From Podarcis pityusensis (taxonomy: Eukaryota): DNA of 64,000 nt. Below are positions 51,984 to 64,000 of the stretch, one piece after another. The first letter of the stretch is position 1, and every line of letters begins with the position of its first letter. A program made the translations under genes and the position numbers. The notes under the pieces are model-generated. The model did not search any database. It was not told where the DNA came from and was given only the letters and a program-made list of their open reading frames with translations. The DNA lies in the NCBI GenBank assembly GCA_964106645.2, contig OZ067046.1. One strand, written 5' to 3'.

Positions 51984-52362
51984 AAAGGTAAAGGACCCCT
52001 GGACGGTTAGGTCCAGTCAAAGGCGACTATGGGCTCATCTCGTGGCGCTCATCTCACTTTCAGGCCGAGTGAGCCGGCATTTGTCCACAGACAGCTTTCC
52101 GGTTCATGTGGCCAGCATAACTAAACCGCTTCTGGCACAACGGAACACTGTGATGGAAACCAAAGAGCCCAGAAATTCCGTTTACCTTCCTGCCGAAGTG
52201 GTACCTATTTATCTACTTGCACTGGCGTGCTTTCGAACTGCTGGGTTGGCAGGAGCTGGGGCAGAGCAACGGGAGCTCACCCCATTGCGGGCATTTGAAC
52301 CGCCGACCCTCTGATCAGCAAGCCCAAGAGGCTCGGTGGTTTAGACACAGTGCCACCTGCGC
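51984..52362 (-). mobile_element. Sauria (Squam1) SINE
   Basis: Similar to the 28936 and 32077 copies; (ACCTTT) tail. Confidence 0.88.
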
Positions 52363-52487
52363 TCATTCCTTTATCACATCTTCATCCCTTTCATCTTCTA
52401 GCACTCTGGCTGATGGCTCAGCCTCCTAACCACACTACGGGCTAGGTTAGGTTGAGGAAAAAGAAAGAGCCAGAGATCCTCTTAGGG

Positions 52488-52673
52488 CAGGGGTAATCTA
52501 CCTTTTTATACCTACCGCCCACAAATGCATCTTTCTTGACGGTAAAATTTCCTTACCGCCCACCAGTGCTCGATGGAAGGAGGATTCAGTTTGTGCCGTA
52601 CAACCCCCTACTGCCCGCCTAGAATCCTGAAACACCCACTAGTGGGCAGTAGGGACCAGGTTGACAATCCCTG
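52488..52673. mobile_element. hAT MITE with perfect 8-bp TSD TCTTAGGG
   Basis: CAGGGG...CCCTG termini. TSD at 52480-52487 and 52674-52681. Confidence 0.85.
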
Positions 52674-53188
52674 TCTTAGGGGCTCCAAATTTGAGCCTCT
52701 GTTCCTCAGACCTACATCAGGCCTTCTATGCATGGCACCAAACTGGCTCACAAGAAATGTTGGGGGTGTGCATTTCACATTATAGACTTCTTAGCATCAT
52801 TCCAATTTTAGCATATGTGGCGCAAACACAGAGCTATGCCTGCCAACGGCCCACGGAAGGGTGAAATCCGACCCTCCAAACCCACGGCGAAAGTCAACAA
52901 AACTGGATTCTGCTTAAGAATGTCAGGCATTTTGAATTAATATCCAAGCGCAAGGAAATGTGGCCTTGGGGGAAAAGCATGTTGCTTGTTTTCTTTGGGA
53001 GGCACCCCACGAGCGTAACTCGGATGAATGACTTGTTTCACAGCACAAGCAGTGAAATCATACAAAAGTGTTATTGTGGGGTGGAAGTGCAATATACCGC
53101 GGGTTAAGAGTGGTGGTTTGCGTGGGCCAACTCACTTCCTCCTTATTGAGGAGCTATGGTGCGGTAATAAGGGAAAGCTAATGAAAAG

Positions 53189-53710
53189 CATCTTAAAAAC
53201 ATCTTAAAAAGCAGAGACATCTTAAAAAGCAGCATCTAAAAAAACAGAGACATCACCTTGCCTACAAAGGTCCGTATAGTAAAGCTATGGTTTTCCCAGT
53301 AGTGATGTATGGAAGTGAGAGCTGGACCATAAAGAAGGCTGATCACCGAACAATTGATGCTTTTGAATTATGGTGCTGGAGGAGACTCTTGAGAGTCCCA
53401 TGGACTGCAAGAAGATCAAACCTATCCATTCTGAAGGAAATCAGCCCTGGGTGCTCACTGGAAGGACAGATCGTGAAGCTGAGGCTCCAATACTTTGGCG
53501 ACCTCATGAGAAGAGAAGACTCCCTGGAAAAGACCCTGATGTTGGGGAAGATGGAGGGCACAAGGAGAAGGGGACGACAGAGGATGAGATGGTTGGACAG
53601 TGTTCTCGAAGCTACCAGCATGAGTTTGACCAAACTGCAGGAGGCAGTAGAAGACAGGAGTGCCTGTCCATGGGGTCACGGAGAGTCGAACACGACTAAA
53701 CAACAACAAC
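53189..53710 (+). mobile_element. RTE-BovB LINE 3' fragment, 9-bp TSD AATGAAAAG
   Basis: ORF 53287..53715 reads MVFPVVMYGSESWTIKKA...IDAFELWCWRRLLRVPWTARRSN. (CAA)n tail. TSD at 53180-53188 and 53711-53719. Confidence 0.95.
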
Positions 53711-54399
53711 AATGAAAAGGGCCTTTACACCTGGTTTTCACTCGGGGAAAGATAACAGTAATGTAACTAGGGTGGTGCTGACAGGAGTGTATCTGCTCAG
53801 GTTGAAGCCTCAAGCTTCCCTCTTAGCATCGCAAATTGGCAATTTTGCACTGACAGCAGAAGCTACCATTTGCAGAACGCACCTGGCAAGGTCTAGACCT
53901 AACAACCACCTCCCCCTTTTGCCTCATTCCCCGCACTGGACTGCTCGGTCCCTTCCTATCAATACTGCACTGACTGGCCTTGCATTCAGTTTTGATCCGG
54001 TCCTCCTTTTCCTCCCTGCCGAGAAGCCCTGCATTGCCTCCACTGCAAGATGGAGGCTGTAAGCCTTCCTATGCCGCCGACACCTGCGTCTTTTGCCTTC
54101 CACACAGCTACGCTGGGAATAGGAAAAATTTGGAAGTTTTTCCCTGACGTATTTATCCTGCTCAAGCGTAGCCACAGCTCTTGCAGCACTTAAGTTCAAG
54201 AGGTCCCCACACCAGGAAACTCCCCTTCTTTTCCCACTGCCATGTCACTGCTTTCAAGAGGATACAAGAGGAACGGAAAGAGTTAAGAAACTTAAGGTGG
54301 CAGCGATGCTGAAACTCAGAGGCCTCTGGAATCATCACGCTTGTGTTGTGACAAAGCAAGTTAGTTGCTGGCGTGTTATTGGGAAACAGAAGCTCTGCT

Positions 54400-54413
54400 G
54401 CTGCCATGGCAAC
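54400..54413. promoter_or_regulatory. RFX X-box-like site GCTGCCATGGCAAC
   Basis: One mismatch from the palindrome GTTGCCATGGCAAC, in apparently unique sequence. Confidence 0.35.
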
Positions 54414-54990
54414 GGCAAGCCCAGACCACTGACTTAGCTAGATCCATCCATTTATCACATGCAGAGAAGCTGCTTGCTTTACAATTCTTAAACGTAAAGA
54501 GAAGTTGTTGACCAGCAACATCTACCTTCCTCCTTTCCCCTTGTGCCTGAGTTTAGTGCGCTGGAGAAAGCTTGCATATTCGTTTTATTAGCAGGGGTTT
54601 CTCTCTAAAGGAAGCCATTGCTTTTGCTCACTAGCTGTTCCGCTGACCCAAATATAATGGCCTTTAAACCGCTCGGGTCTGAGTTTCTGCATTACGAGTA
54701 AATCTCACCTTGCTGTATTTAGGGCGCATTAAAAATGGCAAAAAGGCAGTTACTTTTCTCTTTCTCCCCCTCCCCCCCCGCCACCTCGCCCAGACCAATC
54801 CAAAACAAACAAACAAACAAACAAACAAACAAACAAACAAACAAACCAATACCCAAAACAAGATGAAGCCTGAAAAAACTACAATAACAGAATTTCTATA
54901 ATTCGTAAGCCTTTGAAATCCTTTGCTATTATTATATTCTGCTGACTGATCGCTGAATCAAAAAATTGAATTTAATCTATTAAACATATA

Positions 54991-55216
54991 CAGTGGTACC
55001 TCAGGTTAAGTACTTAATTCGTTCCGGAGGTCAGTACTTAACCTGAAACTGTTCTTAACCTGAAGCACCACTTTAGCTAATGGGGCCTCCTGCTGCCGCC
55101 GCACCGCCGGAGCAAGATTTCTGTTCTCATCCTGAAGCAAAGTTCTCAACCTGAAGCACTATTTCTGGGTTAGCGGAGTCTGTAACCTGAAGCGTATGTA
55201 ACCTGAGGTACCACTG
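54991..55216. mobile_element. Tigger-like MITE
   Basis: TA|CAGTGGTACCTCAGGTTA...TAACCTGAGGTACCACTG|TA. Confidence 0.9.
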
Positions 55217-55249
55217 TAACGGCAACTGAAGGGGATAGGTATGGTTACG

Positions 55250-55789
55250 TGCCAGCCCAGTCTCTGCTGAGTCGTGAGCAAGACTTTGGGCATCCCAGGC
55301 GCCTATTCAGGGTCTGTGTTTCCTTCGGACAATAAGGCACAGCGGAGTTTGTGGTGTCTTTATGATGTATGGTTTATTTACACACACAGAAACCTGGAGC
55401 CTAGAAAGGAAGGGCTCACCACAACAGCACCCCAAAGGATGCCAGCTTATTCCATAGTAGCAGTTTCAGCATCCTTTCTCTGCAGCCTCTATTGCTCTGA
55501 GGGGCAACTTTTCCTCTCTGCTTCCTGGTTACATCACACTTCCTAAACTAAGTACTTCATCTACATGAGGGCTCAATTCATTTGCATCCTAGCAACTTTT
55601 TCCTTTGATGCTTGGAACTCCTGATCACCTCACAAATAAAGTTTGTCTCACTTCATTAACACTTGTTGATTTGGCTAGGATTACCATGTCCAATACACAA
55701 CACAGGAAATGTGTCTAAACCCAATTAGCTTTTACACTTACCAGTGCTTGAAATATACACTTAGATTCTAATTCCTGGATAGTCTGACA
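55250..55789 (-). mobile_element. Possible solo LTR (about 540 bp)
   Basis: TGCCAG...CTGACA inverted TG/CA ends and a minus-strand AATAAA at 55373-55378. The TSD is not clean. Confidence 0.4.
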
Positions 55790-58266
55790 CATGGTTTTTA
55801 ACACAAGCTTAATTAATTAAACACCTCTAACTCGCTACAATATGAAAACTATCGGAAGTGATCATTTTGCAGATTCATACAGACCCTGGTCATATGAACT
55901 GATGAAGCTGGCTAACAGGATGCAGGGGAAAAGAAATTCTTCCAGGAGGAACACTTCCCACTACTTTTCCCCCCAGAGGGAGCTTTCTATTTCTAAAAAT
56001 GCACCACTCCATTAAAAAAAGCATTAGTAACTTAATGGAGACGAATCAAATCAACACCAAACTGAGCAGTTTCAATGTTGAAATTAACTTTTTTCAGGTG
56101 ACACCTCATAAGAAGTTCCAGTATTCTAAACCAACACACAGTATATTTGCAAACTGGAACAGGGAACAGAGGAGGAGAAAATGAAACCAAAATAATATGC
56201 ATAACTAAACGTGGAGGGGGGGTGGAAGTATTGGGATGGTTTCATTTCAGATTAAGACAGATTCAATTATAGTCCATGAAAATACACTGACTGGTTTTAA
56301 AAGTGCCTTTTACAAAGCATGCCATCCCATGCAAATAACTATTTTTTCTATTGTTATTATTTTATTTATAAATAGGTGATTTCATAACATTAGCTGCAAG
56401 TCAAATCAAAGCCAACTTAAAATTCTAATTCTATGTAACTGGCAAGTGAAAGTAAAACCCAAACTAAAAAAAAGTGTGATTGCATTAAACCACATTAAGT
56501 GTATTTCAGGGAACAAAAACTTAACTATTAAATATTTCAGTAAACTATGATAAAAAACATAAAATTAACAAGGTGTATATATATCATTTTCATTTTGCTT
56601 ACTAAAACAAAGCACTCATGATACACCTGATCCTATTCATTTCAAAGTTTTCTAAGCCTCTCCTGAGGGGGGGGGTAAATTCCCAAAAAATGTGTAAGAT
56701 TTCCTAAACGTCAAAGGAAACCAGCCTTTCTTGTTCAAACATTTGTGACAGCATTTTTTTCATTCTATTTTAACATACTGAAGCTGCAACACGGATGTGA
56801 ATATAGAAGTTGATACTATTACACAGGCTAGGCATAACCCAAGCAAAAAAATTATTTAAGGATACCTTTCAGTAAAATCAGTGCTGGACTCAAGCACTGA
56901 AACTGATGATATTCAAAAAGACTGGACTGTGTAGCCATTAAAAGCAGTACAGCAGTGGAATGTTTCAATGTATTATGTTTTAATGAGATGTTTTAATGAC
57001 AAGAATATCATTTCCATTATCATCCAACCTGGCACACATTTTTTTTATTTTATTTTTGCATTTACTAAAATATTTATATGGGGCTTTCAGTATAAGCTAT
57101 GTCCAAAATAGTTCACATTAATTTCAATAGAAACAACAACAATAAAATATTTGAGGATATGGATGATAAAGTGTTTAGAAATGAGTGGTTTACAATAAAC
57201 TCCCCCCCCTCCCAGTTACATGACAAGTTCAATGGGACTTACTCCCAGGTGAGGTGCAAACAGGATTGCAAACTCAACAGTGACAGGTGACTGCTATTGC
57301 TACTGCTTTTCACCTGCTTCAAGTTTGCCGTTCATATTGCCTTTTCTAAAATTAGCATCAGCTGAAGTGACCCAAACAATGTACTTTCTGACACGTTCAG
57401 GCTGTGAAGTTTTCTGGGAAAAGGAGCCTCATGTAGAATGCCCACCATACTAAAACTCCCTTTATTCCAGTGGGCCAAATCGCCTCTTGACACAAATGTC
57501 CCGTTTGCGACACATTAAGCGCATTATTCATTTAAAACAGAAACTTCACAAGTGATAGCTGCTAAGTTTTATGCTGCAGGAGGGGGAAAGGGTGGACAAG
57601 AAGCTGTAAGAAATGGGCAATGTGTTTCCGCTCTAGAACATGCACCATTTCTCCCTTCCAAAGATTAAGGAAGAACATTTCCTTTTAACACAACAGCAGG
57701 AAATCAAGAGACTTAATAAAGCCCTTTTCTCATTAAAGTTACACCTTCCCTGCTATGAGAAGAGAGCGATTAAAGTTTCCCAACAACAAGGGTGGAGCTT
57801 TTCCCCTACCTTTTCATATATAAAAAAATATCAAGATTATCTTTTCTAAGAGCAATAAAATCTAGCCATTGGTATATATCATCACATTAGTCACACACCC
57901 AGTCCTGCTTCTCACTAAAATCTGGATGGGAAAATTTCTAACAATGAAAGCCAGCAGCCAATGCATTGGCTCAGTGTCCCAATACTGATGTGAAAAGCAC
58001 AACCCTTCCAGTTCTCTGTGCACCAAACCACAACTCTCTTTGCTTTTGCAACACTCCTGGTTGACCATCAACACACATCCCTTCATGCCCTGGGCCTTTT
58101 ATGAGGATTTTCAACTAGCAGTCAAGGTAGACATCTGCTTCTCTTGCAAGAATGCTTGATTTGTTAGCATTCTGTGACTGAGCCTTCCCTGTTAGGACAA
58201 TTATGAACATTCTTTGCCATCCCTGCTTTCTTAAACATTTCCCTCTATGGCTTTGCATATCATCTC

Positions 58267-58512
58267 AAGAAGAAGAGTTTGGATTTGATATCCCGCTTTA
58301 TCACTACCCTAAGGAGTCTCAAAGCAGCTAACAATCTCCTTTCCCTTCCTCCCCCACAACAAACACTCTGTGAGGTGAGTGAGGCTGAGAGACTTCAGAG
58401 AAGTGTGACTAGCCCAAGGTCACCCAGCAGCTGCATGTGGAGGAGCGGAGATGCGAACCCAGTTCACCAGATTACGAGTCTACCGCTCTTAACCACTACA
58501 CCACACTGGCTC
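58267..58512 (-). mobile_element. tRNA-derived SINE (Squam3-like)
   Basis: Reverse-complement copy of 20083-20337. Confidence 0.88.
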
Positions 58513-59596
58513 ACAAGGGCAAGACACCTTGTACCCTAATCTTAAAATATACCAGAATATAACTGACTACAAAACATTGGCTAGACTCAGCATGTCACTA
58601 CCACGTCTAAACTAATATAGCATAAGGGACTGACCTATGAACCAGCAAGTAATCTGGATGAGATCTTGCACGACCAGCAGCAAGCAGGCCTCTCTCAACA
58701 TCCAGAATCCCAAGGAAGACAAAAACCTGAAAGCAACCCAATTAATTTGCCAGCTTGCTACTTAACTCTCTGGGAAGGTGTGTAGAATGAAACTGTGAAA
58801 CAGGCAAGTAGCATTTACTATTCTCATTACTAAAGGATATGCAATCGCAGGGTGGGGGACTCTGTTACGGAGGAAAGGGAATCCTGGCAATGCCAACTTC
58901 CTTTCTTTGAAAGTGCAAAATGATTAAAATTAAGACTGACTTCTTGGTAGGGAGTCTAGTGAGAAGGAAGACATCCCCAGGGCACTGGTGCATTGAGAGA
59001 CGACTCCCCAAGCCGGCTTCCAAGTATTATCTTTTGTTGGAACAGTCAGATGGTTAAAGAGCAAGAGCAAAATATATTTTATCTCGGCAGGGCTGTTAAA
59101 AAACAAAAACACAGAGAGAGCGCGCAGGAAGAATACAAAGGATGGAATGTGCTTGCATGCAGCCGAATTGGGAGGGTTAATTAGCACATCAAAGGTCCGA
59201 GACAACAAAGGAGAAAAATCTGCAGCAAACAGTCAGCTTGATAAGAGAGTTGGGGAGATCAAATATTTACCAGAGTTGATGCCTTCGCCTCACCACCCCT
59301 AGGGCTTCCTCTCCCCTTAAATGCTGTAAGTGACCTAGCAAAAAAGCTTCACCTGCCAAGTCTCTGCTGGCCTAACAGCTGTTAAGAGTCACAGGAAGGC
59401 TGGAAGGGGAGGAGAAAGGAGAAGGTCAACTCTAAATACCACCTTTGTCTGCAGCAGCCTTCCTTAACAGCTGCCAGGCTGGGCCAGAGGCCCTCCAGAT
59501 GCTGTTGGACTCCAACTCCCATCTGCCCCCACCACCAGCAAGGCCAGTAGTCAGGGGTGATGAGTCTTGTAGTCCATCATCAACTGGAGGGCTTAA

Positions 59597-59852
59597 CAGG
59601 GGTCAGCAAACTTTTTCAGCAGGGGGCCGGTCCACTGTCCCTCAAACCTTGTCTGGGGCCGGACTATATTTTGAAAAAAATAATATTAATGAATAAATTC
59701 CTATGCCCCACAAATAACCCAGAGATGCATTTTAAATAAAAGGACACATTCTACTCATGTAAAAACATGCTGATCCCCAGACCGTCCGCAGGCCGGATTT
59801 AGAAGGCGATTGGGCCAGATCCGGCCCCTGGGCCTTAGTTTGCCTACCCATG
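59597..59852. mobile_element. hAT MITE, opposite orientation to 5073 and 28155
   Basis: CAGGGGTCAGCAAAC...GTTTGCCTACCCATG termini. Confidence 0.88.
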
Positions 59853-61894
59853 GCTTAGAGTCATAGAGCAAAGCAAGGTAAGGTAGCCAGGGTTTGATTC
59901 ACCTCCACACTCCTAAACTTATGCACAAACAAGATGAGCATGCGCATAACAAATTCAGGATGGGTAGTGGGTAATTATCCAAGGATAGCACAAGAAATAA
60001 GTTAACACATATCTCAGACTTTTTCTAACTACAACCATGACCACCCTGCCCCAAATAATTAACCCTGCCAGAATGGCAGGAGCTGCAAATTTATCTGCGC
60101 TGCAGTTCAATTTTTCTAAGAAAAAAGAAAGGGAGCAGAGAGGAAGAACGCCAAATTGCCTAAATCTTAATTTTCCCTTCCTACTGCTTCTGTCTTCCCA
60201 TTCCGCGATGCCTGTCTATAGCCACCACTTTGCACAGAAAACAGGAGCATGCTTTTGAACGGGCCAGTTTTTCCTTAGGCCTGAAGTAATTCTAACACAG
60301 CAAGCTTTTTAGATTTAAAATAAAAATTCTAAAAACTTTCTAATGCCAGCATTTCTGCTTTATTTTATTTTGCTTTCCTGTAAACTTCTCCTCTGAAAAC
60401 CCAAGTCCCCCTTTCCCGTTTTTCAGAATTGCTGCCTTCTGTCACTCACAAAAACAAGCCAGAAAGTTTATCTGGAATTTGTCTTCCTGGGGGGACCAGT
60501 AAGTCGGTTGTAAAACCTGCTGCCTTGGAATTAATAAACAAGTTCTACTCCTTTGAAAGTGAAAGGGATGTTTAAAGGTGGAGTTAGTAGAAGGAAGGTG
60601 GAATAGTAGAAAGAGGCTCCGCACTCGCCTGGAAAAAATGGTCAAAGAACAAAAAATGCATGAAACAACACTTCCTTAAAAAGCACTATTATGTAGGATA
60701 CTGAGCAAATTGGTGAACATATTCAGTAACACAAACCTCCTGCTGGAATAAGTATTGAAGCTGGTTTTCCAGATCCATGCTCTTTTCAGACTTTCGAATG
60801 CCAGTCACTTTCTTTAGAATGTTGAACACACTGGCTAGAGGTTGCTGGCTTCAATCTCAAAAGAGTGCACTTGGAGCAGCTGGTAGATTTTAAAAATCCA
60901 CCAGAAATTATTTCAAGCACCTGAGGAACAATTACTTCCCAAATGCACTGAACCTGGAACAGATTTTAAGTTAAGGCACCTGGAACATCTTCCTCTTCTG
61001 CTTTCGTAGTTTTGTCATGGCTTTTCTGCACTAGATGACAGAAAGGAACTGCTTTGCTAGGGGTCAAATCAACAAACATACACTGACAAATCACATCAGT
61101 TTTCCAACAGCAAACACACGTGAATTGCCCACTGACCACGTGAAAATTGCCATGGGTCTTGGGCTGACCACTTAATGGGGTTTTTTTGGCCTGTTGTAAG
61201 CTCTGCCCTGGATGCTGTATGATTTTAAATTTTTACAGACATGGCGCTGACCACCTGAATGAAGCTTGTGAACTGCAGACCATGGTTTAGAACTGCAGCC
61301 TTAAAATATTCTGCCAATAGCCTGTCAGAATATTCCTTGTGTATGGAGCATAGGAAATGTCTTCAGGTAGAACTGGCACAGGTCCGCAAATTCTGTAGAG
61401 CTGCAGGAATGAACCACAGCCAGCCAGTGTAGACAGTAATGAGTTACATGGACCAGCTTCCTATGTCCCTAACATGATAACTTACGCCCTTATAGGCCTT
61501 TTCCCAGACCTTACGTAACTGGGAACAGGAGCTACAACAAGGTCAATTATATAATCCCATTCATTTACTGTTTTGACACCTGCTAAAAATGCACGCTAAC
61601 CAACAGTTTAAAAACCATGCATGCATGCACAACAATATCATTTTTCCTTCTCCCAAAGAACAGTGTGTCCTGCCAAACCAGTATTTGCAAGGAGAGGGAG
61701 TGAAGGAAAAGGCAAGCAAGCTGATCAGGTTTCTCAATGTCACAATTCAATGCGTATGTGGCAGACACATAAAAGTCACTGCCCAGATTTGTTTTGCGAC
61801 AATCTAGCGTGATCAAATGCAGGAGGAGGTGGGATGCATCAGACAAAAAGACATGGCTGTGTAGATTACGGCACATTTGATTCTCAATACCCCA

Positions 61895-61903
61895 ACACAC
61901 ACA

Positions 61904-61953
<50 letters not shown>
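61895..61953. repeat. Compound (CA)n(GA)n microsatellite
   Basis: Read directly. Other simple repeats: (TG)n near 16790 and 38254, (CA)n near 25629 and 50668, (AAAC)n near 54803. Confidence 0.95.
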
Positions 61954-61956
<3 letters not shown>

Positions 61957-62199
61957 TCTATGGGCTAATGTAAGCAGACTGCAATCCTGGACACAGTTGA
62001 AAGCTGGAGAAGCAAAACCACTGGATCTTCTAGGTCATTTTAGCACCATTCCAACAGGAAGCAGGTTTTACTTTCTCCATTAGGCAAATGACTGCCACAT
62101 TAGAAAGAGAAAATCATTGCTCTTGAGTATACCGTCTTAGCAAATGCAAAAGCTGCCCATTTCGCAAAAACCACCTGATACCCCACACCCTAATGAAAC

Positions 62200-62447
62200 A
62201 AGAAGAAGAAGAGTTTGGATTTGATATCCCGCTTTATCACTACCCTAAGGAGTTTAAAGAGGCTCACAATCTCCTTTCCCTTCCTCCCCTACAACAAACA
62301 CTCTGTGAGGTGAGTGAGGCTGAGAAACTTCAGAGAAGTGTGACTAGCCCAAGATCACCCAGCAGCTGCATGTGGAGGAGCGGAGACGCGAACCCGGTTC
62401 ACCAGATTACGAGTCCACCACTCTTAACCACTACACCACACTGGCTC
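62200..62447 (-). mobile_element. tRNA-derived SINE (Squam3-like)
   Basis: Near-identical to the 58267 copy. Confidence 0.88.
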
Positions 62448-63130
62448 TAGCAGAGCACAGAAACACAGAAGGATCTATTTACCCTAACCAGTGCTGTCCC
62501 ACCTCAGTCTCCCACACAGAATAGGCAAGCCAAGATACCCCACTGGTGCTCTCTGGCCCCGAAAATGGGAGCGCAATGCAATTTTGCTGGCTGGCAATAC
62601 AATACTGGGCTACCTGCGCTAATCCATCCTGGCTTTATGGAAGACGTGCATGTCCACCAAGCTGTAAAGTGCCAGAGAGCGAGCAGGGGTCACCTCTTCA
62701 TGCCAGAAATCTCGGCGGCGGCAGCAGCAGTTAACTGTGCAGTGGTCTCTCCCACTCCAGAAATCAGCACTGCATTAGCTAGGAAGAAGGTGGGCTGGTG
62801 ATTTTACTACTTGCCTGTGGGCAAATGCTATTCTGCCCCAGGAAATCAGAAAATTGTCTTACCGGGCTTTAACAATGGAACTAATTTATGGCCTTTTATC
62901 TTTCCATCCCAAGCCACCCAGGACAGCTGAACTTTCAGCAAACCTGACACTTGACGTCATTACAGTTCATTTGATTTGGGTATAACAAGCTCCCTTTTTT
63001 TAAGCTGTCCAAACCGCATCCATCCAGTCTTTGGCATGGAGCTACTCATCTGTCAAGACTCCGCTACAATTATAATTACGGGCACTCTGCTAATTGTTAG
63101 AACACCCCACATGGAATAGTGTGGCTTCCT

Positions 63131-63453
63131 GAAGGAATACATCAAAAAACATTGTTCTGGTATTAATATATCAATATGCAATGAATGAAACTTATAGAGT
63201 AAAAAATTAAGAAGAAATGGGTATAAGATAGTCAAAAATAACATTGATAACACAGCGAAAAGAAGAAAAGAAACAAAGGAAGACACATATAGGTGGAGGG
63301 AAGTCAAAATTAATGTCTGTATGTTTGTTTTCCTTTTTGTAATCTAAGTTGAGAGGTGTATGTATGTATCTATGTATAATAAGTTTGTTTAGTGTTCTGG
63401 TTTGTGCTTGTAAGTATTGCATTTATCAATAAAATGTTTTTTTTTTTTAAAAA
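63131..63453 (+). mobile_element. Short L1-clade 3' fragment with ~18-bp TSD GGAATAGTGTGGC(T/C)TCCT
   Basis: Ends in an ORF2-like KEYIKKHC...NE*, AT-rich UTR and AATAAA at 63428. TSD at 63113-63130 and 63454-63471. Confidence 0.65.
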
Positions 63454-64000
63454 GGAATAGTGTGGCCTCCTAGGATGTTTGAGAACATTTGATCTTTCCT
63501 CACTCAAAATCTGAGTTATCTAGCCAACTCTTTTTAAATTGTCAGCAATTGCAGATCCAGCATATCTTCTTCCTTCTTTCGGACTAATCAATTGGAAAGT
63601 TGTTTGTACGTGTATTTAGCTCCAGAACTGCATCATTCCCATAACCGATTTCCTAAAAAGTCTGGGACCTAGGAAACTCACATGGGCCTTCCATCTATGC
63701 ATGTACTTAGATCACCTAAGGAGGCCCTGCGTTCCTCCTTCAGGGTCAGAGATACCCTTTTTAATGGTGGCACCACGGATGTGGAATTCATTCCTTACGT
63801 GAGAAATCATGCCCCACAGCTATTAGTTTTAGACATAAGCGTGAAAAGCTTTATTTCACAGGGTGTTCTGAATCGATCAAGTCAGATTTTCATTAAAACT
63901 GCTATGGTTTTGTTTTTTAATTGTTTTAATCTGTTTATTTAATGATACTGCTATGAACCAGGCAAAAAAAAAAAGGAACATAAACATCCTATTTAAATAA

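Noticed and set aside
54162-54407. ORF starting MAAAE as a possible AFF1 start exon (compare mammalian MAAQS)
   Set aside because: No phase-2 donor follows the ATG. The start exon is likely upstream of the window.

Overview
Vertebrate genomic DNA from a squamate reptile, probably a lacertid-type lizard, judged from Sauria/Squam1 SINEs, Squam3-like SINEs and BovB with (CAA)n tails. The whole window lies inside AFF1 (AF4/FMR2 family member 1, super-elongation-complex scaffold) on the minus strand. Six phase-consistent coding exons were reconstructed by hand: 49415-49535, 47719-48615, 10306-10350, 8640-8726, 7809-7845 and 6152-6200. Four of these were not in the ORF track. The start-codon exon and the 3' exons appear to lie outside the window. 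The introns are rich in transposable elements: L1-clade, L2, CR1, BovB, a Penelope-like element, SINEs, hAT/Tigger/Tc2 MITEs and a possible solo LTR. Main leads: (1) a CpG-rich internal promoter and candidate alternative first exon (ATG TTC ACG GAG|gtaagt) in the 37-kb intron, predicting an AFF1 isoform without the cyclin T1-binding segment and SIAH degron; (2) an L1 insertion with a 132-bp target-site duplication; (3) a minimal hammerhead ribozyme in the Penelope element; (4) a candidate in-frame 99-nt cassette exon; (5) circRNA-type architecture around the first two exons seen. All calls are from reading the sequence only; no searches were run.
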